This document shows positions 34,666 through 46,050 of a DNA stretch of 64,000 bases, piece by piece. A program made the position numbers and the translations under genes. The DNA is from Zhongshania sp. (GTDB lineage: Bacteria > Pseudomonadota > Gammaproteobacteria > Pseudomonadales > Spongiibacteraceae): positions 18,403 to 82,402 of the forward strand of contig JAGPVP010000019.1 of assembly GCA_018066965.1 (NCBI GenBank), in the 5' to 3' direction. Positions within the stretch are counted from its first letter, which is position 1. Each line of letters begins with the position of its first letter. Under the pieces are notes generated by a model. It saw only the letters and a list, made by a program, of their open reading frames with translations. It did no database searches and was not told the DNA's origin.

Positions 34666-35108
34666 TATGAACGCTGCCGATCAATACACAAAATAGTTGC
34701 TGAACACGCCAGCTTATCTTCAACAAAGGCTTGGCAATCAAATTTCCACAAACCTTTTTTGTCTGACACGTATTGCGCCTTTAAGATCAACTGATCACCT
34801 GGTACCACTTGGCGCTTAAAGCGTGCCCTATCGACACCAGCAAACATATAAATCGAACCTTCAGAAGGCTTTTTATCTAAGGTTTTAAAACCCAAAATAC
34901 CTGCCGCTTGAGCCATTGCTTCAATAATTAAAACACCAGGCATAATCGGTAAACCTGGGAAATGGCCATTAAAATGATTTTCGTTTCCGGTGACATTTTT
35001 AATCGCCACAATGGATTCACCTAAGGTCAATTCCAATACCCGATCAACTAACAAAAACGGATAGCGTTGCGGCAAGTATTCCTTTATTTCATTAATGTCC
35101 ATCAACAT
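34665..35108 (-). CDS. fabZ: 3-hydroxyacyl-ACP dehydratase
   Basis: [31 protein letters not shown]. Confidence 0.98.
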   Translation of the reverse strand: MLMDINEIKEYLPQRYPFLLVDRVLELTLGESIVAIKNVTGNENHFNGHFPGLPIMPGVLIIEAMAQAAGILGFKTLDKKPSEGSIYMFAGVDRARFKRQVVPGDQLILKAQYVSDKKGLWKFDCQAFVEDKLACSATILCIDRQRS

Positions 35109-35111
35109 GGC

Positions 35112-36155
35112 TCAGCCTTCACCCTTATCTCTAATCTTTAATTGCTTTTCTAATTGCGCGACTCGTCGGTAGAGCTCATCGAGCTTACTAAAGCGCGCAG
35201 CATTTTTTCGCCACACTGCGGACTCTGTTACGCCGAAGACGCCGGAATAAGACCCCGGCTGTATAATTGACTTAGTAACCAAACAGCGTGCAGTAATGTG
35301 TACATTATCCGCAATTGTAATATGCCCAACCACCCCAACGTTACCCGCCAGAGTACAATTTTTACCAATAACTGCGCTTCCCGCGACCTGACAGCAACCT
35401 GCCATTGCAGTGCCATCACCAATAATCACGTTGTGGGCAATCATTGTCTGATCATCAAGAATCACGTCATTACCGATCACGGTATTCTCTAAAGCGCCAC
35501 GATCAATACAAGAATTAGCGCCTATCTCTACTCGGCGGCCAATTTGCACACCACCAAGCTGATGAATTTTCTCCCAGCCATTCGGGCCCGGCGCAAACCC
35601 AAAGCCGTCACCACCAATCACAACACCGGAGTGCACAATACATTCATCACCAATACTGACCCCGTGATAGATCGTTACATTGGCGTGGATATAGCAATAT
35701 TTACCAATACGACTACCACGACCAATCACTACTCCAGGAGCAATAGTTGCTCCTTCTGCAATTTCAACATCGCCCTCAATAACGCAGTTAGCGCCAATAG
35801 AAACCGAATTGTGGACATTTTCAGCAACGACAACCGCACTGGGATGCACACCAGCACGTGGTTTTGTAAAAGGATCAAATAAGGCACTTGCACGGGCGTA
35901 CATTAAATAAGGATTAGCCGATAACAAACAATTACCGGCAAAGTCCGTCGCAAGGTCAGGGTGAAGAATAACAGCACCAGCTGTGGTGCTTTGCAACACT
36001 GATTTAAACTTAGCATTCGACAAAAAACTTAACTGCTCCGGACCCGCCGCCCCTAGCGGCGCGATACCCTCAAGCTGTGTATCGGGCTGCCCCCTGAACT
36101 CAAGTTCAAGGGCAGCCGCGAGCTCAGCAAGGCTGAAAGTTTTTTGTCCGGACAT
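35112..36155 (-). CDS. lpxD: UDP-3-O-acyl-glucosamine N-acyltransferase
   Basis: Hexapeptide repeats, GGDGFGFA, IDRGAL, IAHNV. Confidence 0.97.
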   Translation of the reverse strand: MSGQKTFSLAELAAALELEFRGQPDTQLEGIAPLGAAGPEQLSFLSNAKFKSVLQSTTAGAVILHPDLATDFAGNCLLSANPYLMYARASALFDPFTKPRAGVHPSAVVVAENVHNSVSIGANCVIEGDVEIAEGATIAPGVVIGRGSRIGKYCYIHANVTIYHGVSIGDECIVHSGVVIGGDGFGFAPGPNGWEKIHQLGGVQIGRRVEIGANSCIDRGALENTVIGNDVILDDQTMIAHNVIIGDGTAMAGCCQVAGSAVIGKNCTLAGNVGVVGHITIADNVHITARCLVTKSIIQPGSYSGVFGVTESAVWRKNAARFSKLDELYRRVAQLEKQLKIRDKGEG

Positions 36156-36670
36156 TACTTCGCTTGATTCAGCTTATCTGCCACTTTTGCGGTAATATCA
36201 AAACTGCTGTCTGCATGAAGAACTTGCTTGCGCGGCAACAACAAGCCGATGTTTTCTGCTTTGATAAGGTCTGGCAGAATTTTCTGCAATTTTGGTCCAA
36301 GCTCTTGAAGAATAGACTGCGCTTCTTGTTGATTAGCACCTTCAATTTTACGTGCTAAATGCTCACCGTCTTCACGAGCAGTATCAATTTTATTTTTAGT
36401 TGCCTGGCGCTGCTCCGCACTCAAAATATCAAAATCGCGCTGGAATTGTTCAACTTGCTTATCGTAATTTTTTTTCAAGGTCTCAAGTTCAGCAACATTT
36501 TTTTTGTACTCAGCTTGATTACGCATAGTGGTTAAACGCTTTTTTGCTATGTCGGTATTCAATACGGCGGCTTCAACATCGAACACGGCAATTCGCCCTT
36601 CGGCTACAGCACCGCAAGCCCACAATACCATTACTGCCGCCGCGATCAATTTTGTAAACTTCATATACAA
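36155..36670 (-). CDS. skp: periplasmic chaperone Skp (OmpH)
   Basis: Signal peptide, RIAVFD, long helical region, C-terminal DITAKV; between bamA and lpxD. Confidence 0.9.
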   Translation of the reverse strand: MYMKFTKLIAAAVMVLWACGAVAEGRIAVFDVEAAVLNTDIAKKRLTTMRNQAEYKKNVAELETLKKNYDKQVEQFQRDFDILSAEQRQATKNKIDTAREDGEHLARKIEGANQQEAQSILQELGPKLQKILPDLIKAENIGLLLPRKQVLHADSSFDITAKVADKLNQAK

Positions 36671-36719
36671 CTCCTGATGATGATTATTGTGCTACTAAAT
36701 TAAGGTATCAAAAAACAAC

Positions 36720-39311
36720 TTAGAAACTACGCCCCAATGAGAACTGGAATATTTCAGTTTCATCAATTTTTTCGGGATTCAACGCTCGACCCAAACTGAA
36801 CGTGAGTGGACCAAAACCAGTTATCCACGTTACGCCAACACCCGCAGACAACCGTAAACCAGAAAGGTCTGGAGTTGAGCAGTTAACCTGGGTAGCGCCA
36901 CATTGAGTGCTAAATACATTACCCGCGTCAAAAAACAAACCGCTGCGCACAGACCGTTGATCTTTCACAAAGGGCAGCGGGAACAGCAGTTCCATACTAC
37001 CTTCAACTAAAACATTGCCGCCAAATGGATCGGGGTCGCGACTAAACGAACTAGCGCTATCTACCACCAACAAACCGGTTGCGGGATCGATGACATACGC
37101 ACCTTGAGCGGAAAGAGCCAAGGCATTACCGGATGAATCAATGGCGGTAGCCGCCTGGCTAATTCGGTAAATATCGGCAACAGAACTACGTGGACCTAGC
37201 GTATTACTCTTATAGCCCCGTACTGACCCAAATCCACCCGCATAAAAGTTTTCATAGAACGGCAGGTTTTCAAGCTTACCGTAGCCATCTCCATAACCTA
37301 ATTCAGTTCTGAATCTCAGGGTGAAGCTATTGGAAATAGGAACGTAAATCTGGCCTTCGTAGCCTAGTTTGAAATATTCCAGATCTGAACCCGGCACTGC
37401 CACTTCCAAGGACAACGATTGCGCCGCACCACGAGTCGCTAGCAAGCCACGGTTCAAGGTTGACTGGCGCCAAGAAATACCGGCGGTAAAGTTATTAAAC
37501 TCATCGCCATACTTGTCTAGGAAGCCTTCTTCACCACTATCGGTCAAGGCACTTGCAGGTAAATTATTAATATCCTCAAGAACTTCCGCAACAGTGTAGG
37601 TGCCTGTTACCGGATCGCGCTGACTAACGAAATAGTTATCAATAATATCCAATATGCGCGGACTGCTCTTAATCTCTTTTACCGCGCTGACACCGGCATC
37701 AATCGTCGTCCGGTTAAAACCAAGATCAAAACCAAGACGCTCAGTTTCAGAAATCGGGTAGCCGAAATTAACGCTAGTACCGTAGGTGTCCGAGGTATAA
37801 CTGGCGACGTTAATTTCTTCGTAATCTGTGGTGCGATAGAAAACTGAGAAACCACGACTCACACCGTCTTCAGTAAAGTAAGGGTCGGTATAACTAAAGT
37901 TAGCACTGGTCGCAAAATCACTGCGAGACACACCAAAGCCAACTTGTTTACCCGTACCAAAAAAATTGTTCTGCTGAATATTTGCACTTAACAGCAAACC
38001 GCTGTCCTGAGAGAAACCAACGCTGGCACCCAAGCTACCAGAACTTTGCTCTTCAACGTTATAGCGCAGGTCAATAAGATCGTCTGTACCCGGCACCTCT
38101 AGCGTTTCGACTTTGGCTTCTTTAAAGTAGCCAAGGCGCTCCAAACGAATTCGAGATAATTCGATTTTATCTGCTGACGCTGGCGCGCTTTCAATTTGGC
38201 GCATTTCGCGACGCAATACTTCATCTGATGTTCTCGCATTACCCTCAAAATCAATCCGTCTCACATAGGTACGCTTACCCGGATCAATAAAGAATTTAAT
38301 ATCAACGGTTTTCTCTTCTTCGTTACGCTCTGGAATACCGCGAACCTTGGCAAAGTTATAACCTTCATTGCCTAAGCGTTTGGTTAAGAATTCTTCGGTA
38401 CTGGTAACCAATGCTTGCGAGAAAACTTGGTCTTTTTGTACCAGAACAAAACGCTTTAAGTCTTCTTCTGGCAATACCAAGTCACCGGACAATTCCGCAC
38501 CGCTAACTGTGTATTTATCGCCTTCAAGCACGTTCACGGTAATGTAAACAGATTGACGATTCGGGCTAATAGCGACTTGAACGGAGTCCGCGTTAAAAAG
38601 TAGGTAGCCGCGATCTAGGTAATAGGAATTTAATTTCTCCAAATCACCTTTTAATTTTTCCCGCGAATATTTATTACTACTACTAAAGAAGGAAAAGAGG
38701 CCGCCAGTTTTTAATTCAAACAAGTCCAGCAGTGTATCGTCGTCATAAACCGTGTTGCCAACAATGTTGATGTGTTCAATAGTGGCATTGCTACCTTCAT
38801 CGATATTGATGCTAATTGATACGCGATTGCGCGGCTCCGCCACAACATCGGTTTCTATACTCGCGTCATAACGCCCCTGCGATACATACTGCCGAGTCAA
38901 TTCCATCTTCATGCCATCTAGCGTCGACCGTTTGAACACTTGGCCTTCTGCTAGGCCGGCATTTTTCAAACCATCCAACAGCGCCTCAGTAGCAAGCGCT
39001 TTGTTACCCTCTAGATTAATAGCGCTGATCGCTGGACGCTCAACCACCCGCACCACAAGGACATCGCCATCCATACCAATCTGGATGTCGTCAAAGTTTC
39101 CCGTACCAAACAAGGCTCTGGACGCATTGGCCACGGTACGGCTACTCACCTGATCACCAATACTTATCGGCAGGGCAGAAAACACCGTCTCGGACGATAT
39201 CCTCTGCAGACCTTCTATCCGAACATCTGAAATCGGCAGTGAATTTTGGGCCACAGCGAGTAAACTCACTGACCACAGAATAAAACTAAGTGCTAAAAAG
39301 CGTTTCATCAA
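36720..39311 (-). CDS. bamA: outer membrane protein assembly factor BamA
   Basis: POTRA repeats (IEGLQRI, GNARTSDEVLRRE), FYAGGFGSVRGY, C-terminal FQFSLGRSF. Confidence 0.97.
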   Translation of the reverse strand: MMKRFLALSFILWSVSLLAVAQNSLPISDVRIEGLQRISSETVFSALPISIGDQVSSRTVANASRALFGTGNFDDIQIGMDGDVLVVRVVERPAISAINLEGNKALATEALLDGLKNAGLAEGQVFKRSTLDGMKMELTRQYVSQGRYDASIETDVVAEPRNRVSISINIDEGSNATIEHINIVGNTVYDDDTLLDLFELKTGGLFSFFSSSNKYSREKLKGDLEKLNSYYLDRGYLLFNADSVQVAISPNRQSVYITVNVLEGDKYTVSGAELSGDLVLPEEDLKRFVLVQKDQVFSQALVTSTEEFLTKRLGNEGYNFAKVRGIPERNEEEKTVDIKFFIDPGKRTYVRRIDFEGNARTSDEVLRREMRQIESAPASADKIELSRIRLERLGYFKEAKVETLEVPGTDDLIDLRYNVEEQSSGSLGASVGFSQDSGLLLSANIQQNNFFGTGKQVGFGVSRSDFATSANFSYTDPYFTEDGVSRGFSVFYRTTDYEEINVASYTSDTYGTSVNFGYPISETERLGFDLGFNRTTIDAGVSAVKEIKSSPRILDIIDNYFVSQRDPVTGTYTVAEVLEDINNLPASALTDSGEEGFLDKYGDEFNNFTAGISWRQSTLNRGLLATRGAAQSLSLEVAVPGSDLEYFKLGYEGQIYVPISNSFTLRFRTELGYGDGYGKLENLPFYENFYAGGFGSVRGYKSNTLGPRSSVADIYRISQAATAIDSSGNALALSAQGAYVIDPATGLLVVDSASSFSRDPDPFGGNVLVEGSMELLFPLPFVKDQRSVRSGLFFDAGNVFSTQCGATQVNCSTPDLSGLRLSAGVGVTWITGFGPLTFSLGRALNPEKIDETEIFQFSLGRSF

Positions 39312-39398
39312 CAGCTAAAAACCAAGGCTCTGGGCCGACGCCAAACGAAACTGACGCTGCCACTGTGTAAGATTAAAAGCATTGCATTATCTTAGAGA

Positions 39399-40757
39399 CT
39401 AAAGGCGCAACACATCGTTATATAAAGCAAAAACCATCACAAATACTACTAACACCAAGCCCAGCTGATTAGCCCAGACTTGTACTTGTTCTGCCACCGG
39501 CTTACCCGTCAGCCACTCTACCAAAGCGTAAACTATATGCCCGCCGTCCAAGACCGGAACCGGCAACAAGTTTAAAACGGCAAGGCTAATACTCAGCAAG
39601 GCTAAAAATGTCAGCCATGCAAAAAATCCGTACTGCACTGAAGAGCTCGCCACTTTAGCAATGGTTATCGGCCCACTCAAGTTTTTCGGCGATAACAGCC
39701 CCATCAACATCTTTTTTATTGATGACAGCGTAAACGCGCTCATTTTCCACGTTTTGTCAACTGCTGCAACGGCAGCACCAACAACGCCATATTCCATCGT
39801 TCGCTGCATGGCTTCGGGCCAAGAAGGCATTGCCACTCCTACACCCACATAGCCGTGAGCCTGTAATTCCTCATCCAGCTTGCGCTCAGGAGTAATTGTC
39901 AGGCTTACGCGCTGATTATCGCGCTCAACAACAACTGACACGGCCTCTTCTGGCTTTTGGCGAACATACTCTACCCATTCCTGCCAAGAGCTTACAGCCT
40001 GACCGTCAGCTTCGACGACTAAATCCCCAGTGCGCATTCCACCACGTTCCGCAGGGCTTTCTGCCACAACGGTTTCTATTCGGGGCACGACCTCGGGCAC
40101 AAATAAGGTAACGCCAAATTCACGCACCGGGTTTGGCTCTTCTACATCATGCATCCAGTCGGTAAGTGTCACCACGTTCTCAGTGACAAGGTCTGAATCT
40201 GGCGAGCGCATATTGAGATGTACTTCGCCGTCTTCACCAATACGATTCAACAGCTGTAACTGCAGGGCTTCCCATGTCGGCGTGGCTTCACCATCCACCG
40301 ACAGAAACTCTTGCCCAGCCACGATTCCGGCCTGCTCAGCCAAAGAACCAGGCTCCACCTTAGCCACAATAGGCGCAACACCATTAACGCCATTCAAAAA
40401 GACAAGCCAATAGACAAAAATAGCCAAGATAAAATTCGCCAACGGTCCAGCCGCCGCGATGGCAATACGAGCACGAGGTGACGCGCGATTAAAAGTTTGA
40501 CCAAGCATGTCGTCGGGAACTGGCCCCTCACGCTCGTCCAACATTTTCACGTAACCACCCAGCGGAATACCAGCGACCACATACTCTGTACCACTGCGGT
40601 CAGACCACGACAGTAGCGGCTTACCAAAACCAATTGAAAATCGTAAAACTTTGACGCCACAGCGCCGCGCAACCCAAAAATGGCCGAATTCGTGCACCGC
40701 GACCAAAATACCCAAGGTCAGCAGCGTCACTAAAATAGTTTGCAGTATATCCAGCAA
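39399..40757 (-). CDS. rseP: RIP metalloprotease RseP
   Basis: HEFGH, GGYVKMLDERE, two PDZ domains, NLLPVPVLDGG. Confidence 0.97.
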   Translation of the reverse strand: MLDILQTILVTLLTLGILVAVHEFGHFWVARRCGVKVLRFSIGFGKPLLSWSDRSGTEYVVAGIPLGGYVKMLDEREGPVPDDMLGQTFNRASPRARIAIAAAGPLANFILAIFVYWLVFLNGVNGVAPIVAKVEPGSLAEQAGIVAGQEFLSVDGEATPTWEALQLQLLNRIGEDGEVHLNMRSPDSDLVTENVVTLTDWMHDVEEPNPVREFGVTLFVPEVVPRIETVVAESPAERGGMRTGDLVVEADGQAVSSWQEWVEYVRQKPEEAVSVVVERDNQRVSLTITPERKLDEELQAHGYVGVGVAMPSWPEAMQRTMEYGVVGAAVAAVDKTWKMSAFTLSSIKKMLMGLLSPKNLSGPITIAKVASSSVQYGFFAWLTFLALLSISLAVLNLLPVPVLDGGHIVYALVEWLTGKPVAEQVQVWANQLGLVLVVFVMVFALYNDVLRL

Positions 40758-40822
40758 AGTTTTCGCCCTATCGCGCTAAGTGATCTCAAAATTTAAGATC
40801 ACTATCAAGTCTCTATTATCAG

Positions 40823-42013
40823 TTAAGCCAATGTTTTCTTTGCAATAATTTCAATCGCGCAGACACGAGATTCATTATCCGCATGTTGGACATCCACGAG
40901 TGATTGCGGTTCAACAATTTCCACCTGCGCCATAACCTGCTCTATGACTAATGCAATGCTAGCAAAATCCAAGCGACCATCTAGAAAAGCCTCAACCGCT
41001 ATTTCGTTCGCCGCATTTAACACCGCAGGCGCTGTCCCACCCCGTACCGCAGCGTCACGCGCCAATCGCAAGCACGGAAAGCGCAGCTCATCTGGAGCCT
41101 CAAAATCTAGCCGCCCTTGCGCGATAATGTCCAGACTCCCAACACCCGACACAATCCGCTCCGGCCAAGCTAAGGCATGAGCAATCGGCGTACGCATATC
41201 GGGGTTACCGAGCTGCGCTAATATCGAGCCGTCAATATACTCAACCATGGAGTGAATAACACTCTGAGGATGCACAATTATGTCAATATTCGACGCATCG
41301 GTATGGAACAACCAACACGCCTCAATCAATTCAAGCCCTTTATTCATCATAGTGGCAGAATCAACCGAAATTTTACGTCCCATCGACCAATTAGGGTGCG
41401 CGCAGGCTTGGTCCGGCGTCACGTTCACCAAGTCCGCCAGTGGCGTGGTGCGAAAAGGGCCACCCGAACCCGTCAATAAAATCCGCTGAACACCTTTTGA
41501 AAACGGGATTACCTGACTATCTGACTGGCTCTGCATCGGCAGGCATTGAAAGATTGCATTATGCTCGCTGTCTATTGGCAATAAAGTCGCGCCATGCCGC
41601 ACGACTGCATCCATAAACAGCGGCCCAGCCATGACAAGAGCTTCTTTATTTGCCAGTAAGACCTTCTTCCCCGCTTCAACGGCAGCCATAGTGGGTAGTA
41701 AGCCGGCCGCACCCACTATCGCAGCCATCGTGACATCAGCCTCGCGTGCAACCGTACATAAACCCTCTTCCCCACTGAGTACCGTAGTATTCAGTCCTGC
41801 CAATTCAAGCCTGCTGGCAAATTCAGCTACCAAGCTTGCATCAGCCAACACCGCGTAACGGGGGCTGAAGGTTTCAACCTGATTAAATAACACATCTAAA
41901 CTGCGATTAGCGGTTAATGCGTAAACACTATAACGCTCTGGGTGGCGCGCGAGCACATCCAGCGTACTAACACCAACAGAACCGGTAGATCCCAGTACGG
42001 TAACCGACTGCAT
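40823..42013 (-). CDS. dxr: 1-deoxy-D-xylulose-5-phosphate reductoisomerase
   Basis: [31 protein letters not shown]. Confidence 0.98.
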   Translation of the reverse strand: MQSVTVLGSTGSVGVSTLDVLARHPERYSVYALTANRSLDVLFNQVETFSPRYAVLADASLVAEFASRLELAGLNTTVLSGEEGLCTVAREADVTMAAIVGAAGLLPTMAAVEAGKKVLLANKEALVMAGPLFMDAVVRHGATLLPIDSEHNAIFQCLPMQSQSDSQVIPFSKGVQRILLTGSGGPFRTTPLADLVNVTPDQACAHPNWSMGRKISVDSATMMNKGLELIEACWLFHTDASNIDIIVHPQSVIHSMVEYIDGSILAQLGNPDMRTPIAHALAWPERIVSGVGSLDIIAQGRLDFEAPDELRFPCLRLARDAAVRGGTAPAVLNAANEIAVEAFLDGRLDFASIALVIEQVMAQVEIVEPQSLVDVQHADNESRVCAIEIIAKKTLA

Positions 42014-42861
42014 TACACCCATCCCGCGGCCATCAAGCCCAGCGCAAACACGGGCGCAGCAGCGGTAATACTGTCTATACGATCCATAATTCCGCCGTGG
42101 CCGGGTAATAACTGACCACTGTCTTTTATTCCGCGATGACGCTTAACCATGCTTTCCAACAAATCGCCCAACACCGACGCCAGCACCGTAATAGTCACCA
42201 GACAAAGTAGCGGCAATAAACCAATGGGAATTGCAGCTGGCGACATTTTCCCCAGTGCCACCCACAATATGGTCACTAATAAGGTGCTAGAAGCCAAACC
42301 ACCCCAAAACCCCGCCCATGATTTTCCTGGGCTCACCGCCGGTGCAAGCTTAGCTTTACCAAATGCGCGCCCAACAAAATAAGCACCAATATCAGCAGAT
42401 GCGACCAAAGCAATCACCAGTAAAATCAACCAAACACCGCCATCTAAACTTCTTAAATAGCACAAGGCTAACCACGCCGGGGCCAATACCAGCAAGCCCA
42501 TAAAGCCCCTCATCCAGCGCGAACCCCACAAACCGGCACTTAAGGGATAAGACTTTACCCACAGCAAGGCGATGGCCCACCAAAGGCTGGCCGCAATAAC
42601 AATCTCTTTTACTTCAGCCTGGTTTACGGTCGAAAATAAGGTCGTTTTCCACGCCGCGGCAGCCATTAATGCGCCACAAACAAAAACATAGGCAAGTCGC
42701 GAGGTCTTAGTGGAGAATCCACTAAGATCTGACCACTCCCACGCGGCAAGTAATACAATAAAGGCAAATACTCCAGACAATATCGGCATAGACAAATATG
42801 CCAATGCCGCTAACAGAGCTAATACAATCAGCACCGCGGTGATGATTCGCTGCTTTAGCAT
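42013..42861 (-). CDS. cdsA: phosphatidate cytidylyltransferase
   Basis: MLKQRIIT, multiple TM segments, SPGKSW, GDLLES..KR..GIKDSG..LPGHGG..DR.D. Confidence 0.97.
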   Translation of the reverse strand: MLKQRIITAVLIVLALLAALAYLSMPILSGVFAFIVLLAAWEWSDLSGFSTKTSRLAYVFVCGALMAAAAWKTTLFSTVNQAEVKEIVIAASLWWAIALLWVKSYPLSAGLWGSRWMRGFMGLLVLAPAWLALCYLRSLDGGVWLILLVIALVASADIGAYFVGRAFGKAKLAPAVSPGKSWAGFWGGLASSTLLVTILWVALGKMSPAAIPIGLLPLLCLVTITVLASVLGDLLESMVKRHRGIKDSGQLLPGHGGIMDRIDSITAAAPVFALGLMAAGWV

Positions 42862-42873
42862 AAAGTGATACCC

Positions 42874-43632
42874 CTACTCCGGCGCTTCTTCATTATTATC
42901 GTTATCTCGACCGCCATAACGGCGATCTCGATGGGCATAAGCATCAAGCGCCTTATCTAATTCTTCGGCATTAAAATCGGGCCAAAAACAATCTGTAAAA
43001 TAAAGCTCGCTATACGCTAACTGCCACAGCAGGAAATTACTAATGCGCTGCTCGCCCGCTGTGCGTATACAAAGATCAGGTTTAGGCACGTCGGCCAGGG
43101 CAACATGACGATCAAATAACTCAACACTAAACTCGTCAGTGGTTAGCTCGCCCGCCTTAACTTTTTCTGCCAGCGTCTTTGCCGCACTAACAATATCCCA
43201 CTGCCCACCATAATCAACTGCTATAACCAACTGCGTGTCGCGATTAAAGCGCGTTAATTGCTCGCTATAATCCATTTGCTTGCGCAGTGTCGCTGAAAAT
43301 TGACCGCGCTCGCCAATAAACCGCATCCGCACACCATCGGCATGCAGCTGCTTGGTTTCGCTGTCGAGATAGCTTGAAAAAAGCCGCATTAAGGCTTGGA
43401 CTTCGAGGCTTGGCCGTTGCCAATTTTCACTAGAGAACGCAAACAAAGTGACAATTTCGACACCTCGTTCGCGGGTTTGCTTTAACAGTGGACGAATCAC
43501 CTCGACACCAGCGCGATGGCCGGCCGAGGATTTTAAGCCCTGCTGTTTAGCCCAGCGATTGTTGCCATCCATAATAATAGCAACATGGCGAGGAACACTT
43601 TTAGGCGCGGACTCCCGCGTTGTTACTACCAT
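42874..43632 (-). CDS. uppS: undecaprenyl diphosphate synthase
   Basis: HVAIIMDGNNRWA, FSSENW.RP, RTAGEQRISNFLLWQ. Confidence 0.97.
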   Translation of the reverse strand: MVVTTRESAPKSVPRHVAIIMDGNNRWAKQQGLKSSAGHRAGVEVIRPLLKQTRERGVEIVTLFAFSSENWQRPSLEVQALMRLFSSYLDSETKQLHADGVRMRFIGERGQFSATLRKQMDYSEQLTRFNRDTQLVIAVDYGGQWDIVSAAKTLAEKVKAGELTTDEFSVELFDRHVALADVPKPDLCIRTAGEQRISNFLLWQLAYSELYFTDCFWPDFNAEELDKALDAYAHRDRRYGGRDNDNNEEAPE

Positions 43633-43653
43633 TGAAACAATTCAGCTCGCCGC

Positions 43654-44211
43654 TTAAATTTCCATCAGGTCGGCTTCTTTCGCCACCAGCGCTTTATCAA
43701 CCTCAGCAATATACTGATCGGTAATTTTTTGCACATCATCCTGCGCGCGACGCTCTTCGTCCTCGCTGATATCTTTCTCTTTTAGTAGATCTTTCAGGTC
43801 AGACAGCACGTCACGGCGTGCGTTGCGGATTGATACCCGTGCACTTTCCGCTTCTTGGCGGGCCTGCTTGATATACCCTTTGCGCGTTTCTTCGGTCAGC
43901 ATGGGCATAGGGATACGAATCACACTGCCTGCGGAACTGGGGTTCAGTCCCAAATCCGACTTCATGATCGCTTTTTCAACATCGGGAACAATGTTCTTTT
44001 CCCACGGCGTGACAGTCAAGGTTCTCGCATCTTCAACACCGATATTCGCCAACTGTGACAAAGGTGTATCGGTACCGTAATACGAAACCCGCAAGCCATC
44101 TAACAAGCTTGGGTGCGCGCGACCAGTGCGAATTTTATTAAAATTAGTACCTAAGGCTTCAATAGTCTTAGCCATGCGCTGCTTAGCGTCTTCCTTTAAA
44201 TCATTTATCAC
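43654..44211 (-). CDS. frr: ribosome recycling factor
   Basis: [23 protein letters not shown]; GTG start at 44211 with GAGGAG RBS. Confidence 0.97.
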   Translation of the reverse strand: MINDLKEDAKQRMAKTIEALGTNFNKIRTGRAHPSLLDGLRVSYYGTDTPLSQLANIGVEDARTLTVTPWEKNIVPDVEKAIMKSDLGLNPSSAGSVIRIPMPMLTEETRKGYIKQARQEAESARVSIRNARRDVLSDLKDLLKEKDISEDEERRAQDDVQKITDQYIAEVDKALVAKEADLMEI

Positions 44212-44962
44212 GACGTTTCTCCTCACGTGCTGCGGCGGCGCCAATCAGAGTACCCTCTTCACCACCCACTACAATATTCAACAATGCGCCCTGCTGCTCC
44301 ATAGCAAATACTCGCAGCGGCATATTATGGTCACGACACAAACATATCGCCGTCAAATCCATAACTTCGAGCTTTTTATCCAGCACTTCATCATAGCTGA
44401 GATAATCATACTTAATGGCATCGGGATCGCGCATTGGATCTGCACTATAAACACCGTCTACCTTAGTGGCTTTCAACACCAGATCCGCATCAACTTCAAT
44501 GCCGCGTAAGCACGCTGCAGAGTCAGTTGTAAAAAACGGATTGCCTGTGCCCGCAGCAAAAATAACCACTTCACCGCGAGTTAAAGCACGAATCGCCTTC
44601 CGGCGATCATAGTGATCAACAACGCCACTCATGGGAATTGCCGACATCACTGAAGATTTGATATTACTACGCTCTAGCGCATCACGAAGAGCCAAGGCAT
44701 TCATTACGGTCGCCAACATGCCCATATGATCGCCTGTAACACGATCTAAGCCGGCTGTTTGCAGGGCCGCGCCACGGAATAAATTCCCGCCACCAACCAC
44801 CAAGCCTACTTGTACACCAATACCAACTAACTGGCCAACTTCAAGGGCCATGCGGTCTAACACCTTGGGATCAATACCAAATCCCAGGCTTCCCATCAAA
44901 GCCTCACCACTCAATTTCAGCAGTATACGCTTGTATTTCTTATCCCGACTTTGGCTAGACAT
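44201..44962 (-). CDS. pyrH: UMP kinase
   Basis: [33 protein letters not shown]. Confidence 0.98.
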   Translation of the reverse strand: MSSQSRDKKYKRILLKLSGEALMGSLGFGIDPKVLDRMALEVGQLVGIGVQVGLVVGGGNLFRGAALQTAGLDRVTGDHMGMLATVMNALALRDALERSNIKSSVMSAIPMSGVVDHYDRRKAIRALTRGEVVIFAAGTGNPFFTTDSAACLRGIEVDADLVLKATKVDGVYSADPMRDPDAIKYDYLSYDEVLDKKLEVMDLTAICLCRDHNMPLRVFAMEQQGALLNIVVGGEEGTLIGAAAAREEKRRDK

Positions 44963-45018
44963 TTTCCCACCTCACCACATTACACGATATTTTAAAGACA
45001 CCTGCATATCGCCTAAAG

Positions 45019-45043
45019 TAAAGCGGGGCCCGCAGGCCCCGCT
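45019..45043 (-). terminator. terminator after tsf
   Basis: Minus strand AGCGGGGCC-TGCG-GGCCCCGCT-TT. Confidence 0.75.
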
Positions 45044-45054
45044 AACTTAGTGGC

Positions 45055-45918
45055 TTAGCCTTTCAGCTGAGCAGCCACCTCGGCGGCAAAGTCTACTTCT
45101 TCTTTCTCGATACCTTCACCCACTTCAAAGCGGATAAATTCTTGGATATCGGCATTACCGTTTTTCAGCAATTTACCCACAGTCAGCTCAGGGTCTTTAA
45201 CAAACGCCTGATCAACCAAAGAGTTCTCTGACAAGAACTTGCGGATACGACCATCAATCATCTTCTCGATGATTTCAGCTGGCTTACCACTTTCTGCCGC
45301 TTGGGCAGTGAAGATTTCACGCTCTTTAACGATCTCTTCTTCTGGCATATCTGCAGATTTAGCAACACGTGGATTAGTTGCCGCAACATGCATCGCAACA
45401 TCACGAGCCAACTCAGCGTCACCGCCTTTTAGCGCAACCAACACCGCAATACGGTTATTAGAATGCACATAGCTATCAATCACGCCGTCTTCAGCCGTGA
45501 CTACCAGCGCACGACGTACACCGATGTTCTCGCCAATTTTCTGAACCAGCGCCTCACGCGCAGACTCCAACTCGCCAGCCATTAACACAGCAATATCAGT
45601 TTCTTTGCTGGTAAATACTTTTTCAGTAACCAATGCCGCAAAGGCAAGGAAACCCGGCTCACGTGCAGCGAAGTCAGTCTCGCTATTCACTTCAACAACC
45701 ACACCATAGCTACCGTCTTCAGCAACTTTAGTACTAACTACGCCATCAGCAGCAGTACGGCCTGCTTTTTTAGCCGCCTTCATGCCGCTAGACTTACGCA
45801 TTTCTTCAATTGCCAAATCGATGTCGCCGTTTGCATCGTTCAGTGCTTTTTTGCACTCCATCATGCCAAGGCCAGTACGATCACGTAGTTCTTTAACCAT
45901 TGATGCTGTTACAGCCAT
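45055..45918 (-). CDS. tsf: translation elongation factor Ts
   Basis: [35 protein letters not shown]. Confidence 0.98.
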   Translation of the reverse strand: MAVTASMVKELRDRTGLGMMECKKALNDANGDIDLAIEEMRKSSGMKAAKKAGRTAADGVVSTKVAEDGSYGVVVEVNSETDFAAREPGFLAFAALVTEKVFTSKETDIAVLMAGELESAREALVQKIGENIGVRRALVVTAEDGVIDSYVHSNNRIAVLVALKGGDAELARDVAMHVAATNPRVAKSADMPEEEIVKEREIFTAQAAESGKPAEIIEKMIDGRIRKFLSENSLVDQAFVKDPELTVGKLLKNGNADIQEFIRFEVGEGIEKEEVDFAAEVAAQLKG

Positions 45919-46003
45919 CCTAAAATCCTCTTAAATTACCTTAAGTGTGTTAACTCAAGTGTGAGATCAGACGTAAAAATCGACATCTGCTCAGTCAATA
46001 TCC

Positions 46004-46028
46004 AAAAAAAGGGGGCCGTGCCCCCTTT
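46004..46028 (-). terminator. intercistronic terminator/attenuator between rpsB and tsf
   Basis: Minus strand AAAGGGGGC-ACG-GCCCCCTTTTTTT; the same arrangement is known from the E. coli rpsB-tsf operon. Confidence 0.8.
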
Positions 46029-46050
46029 CGCAGACTGCTTGGCGGCCAAA

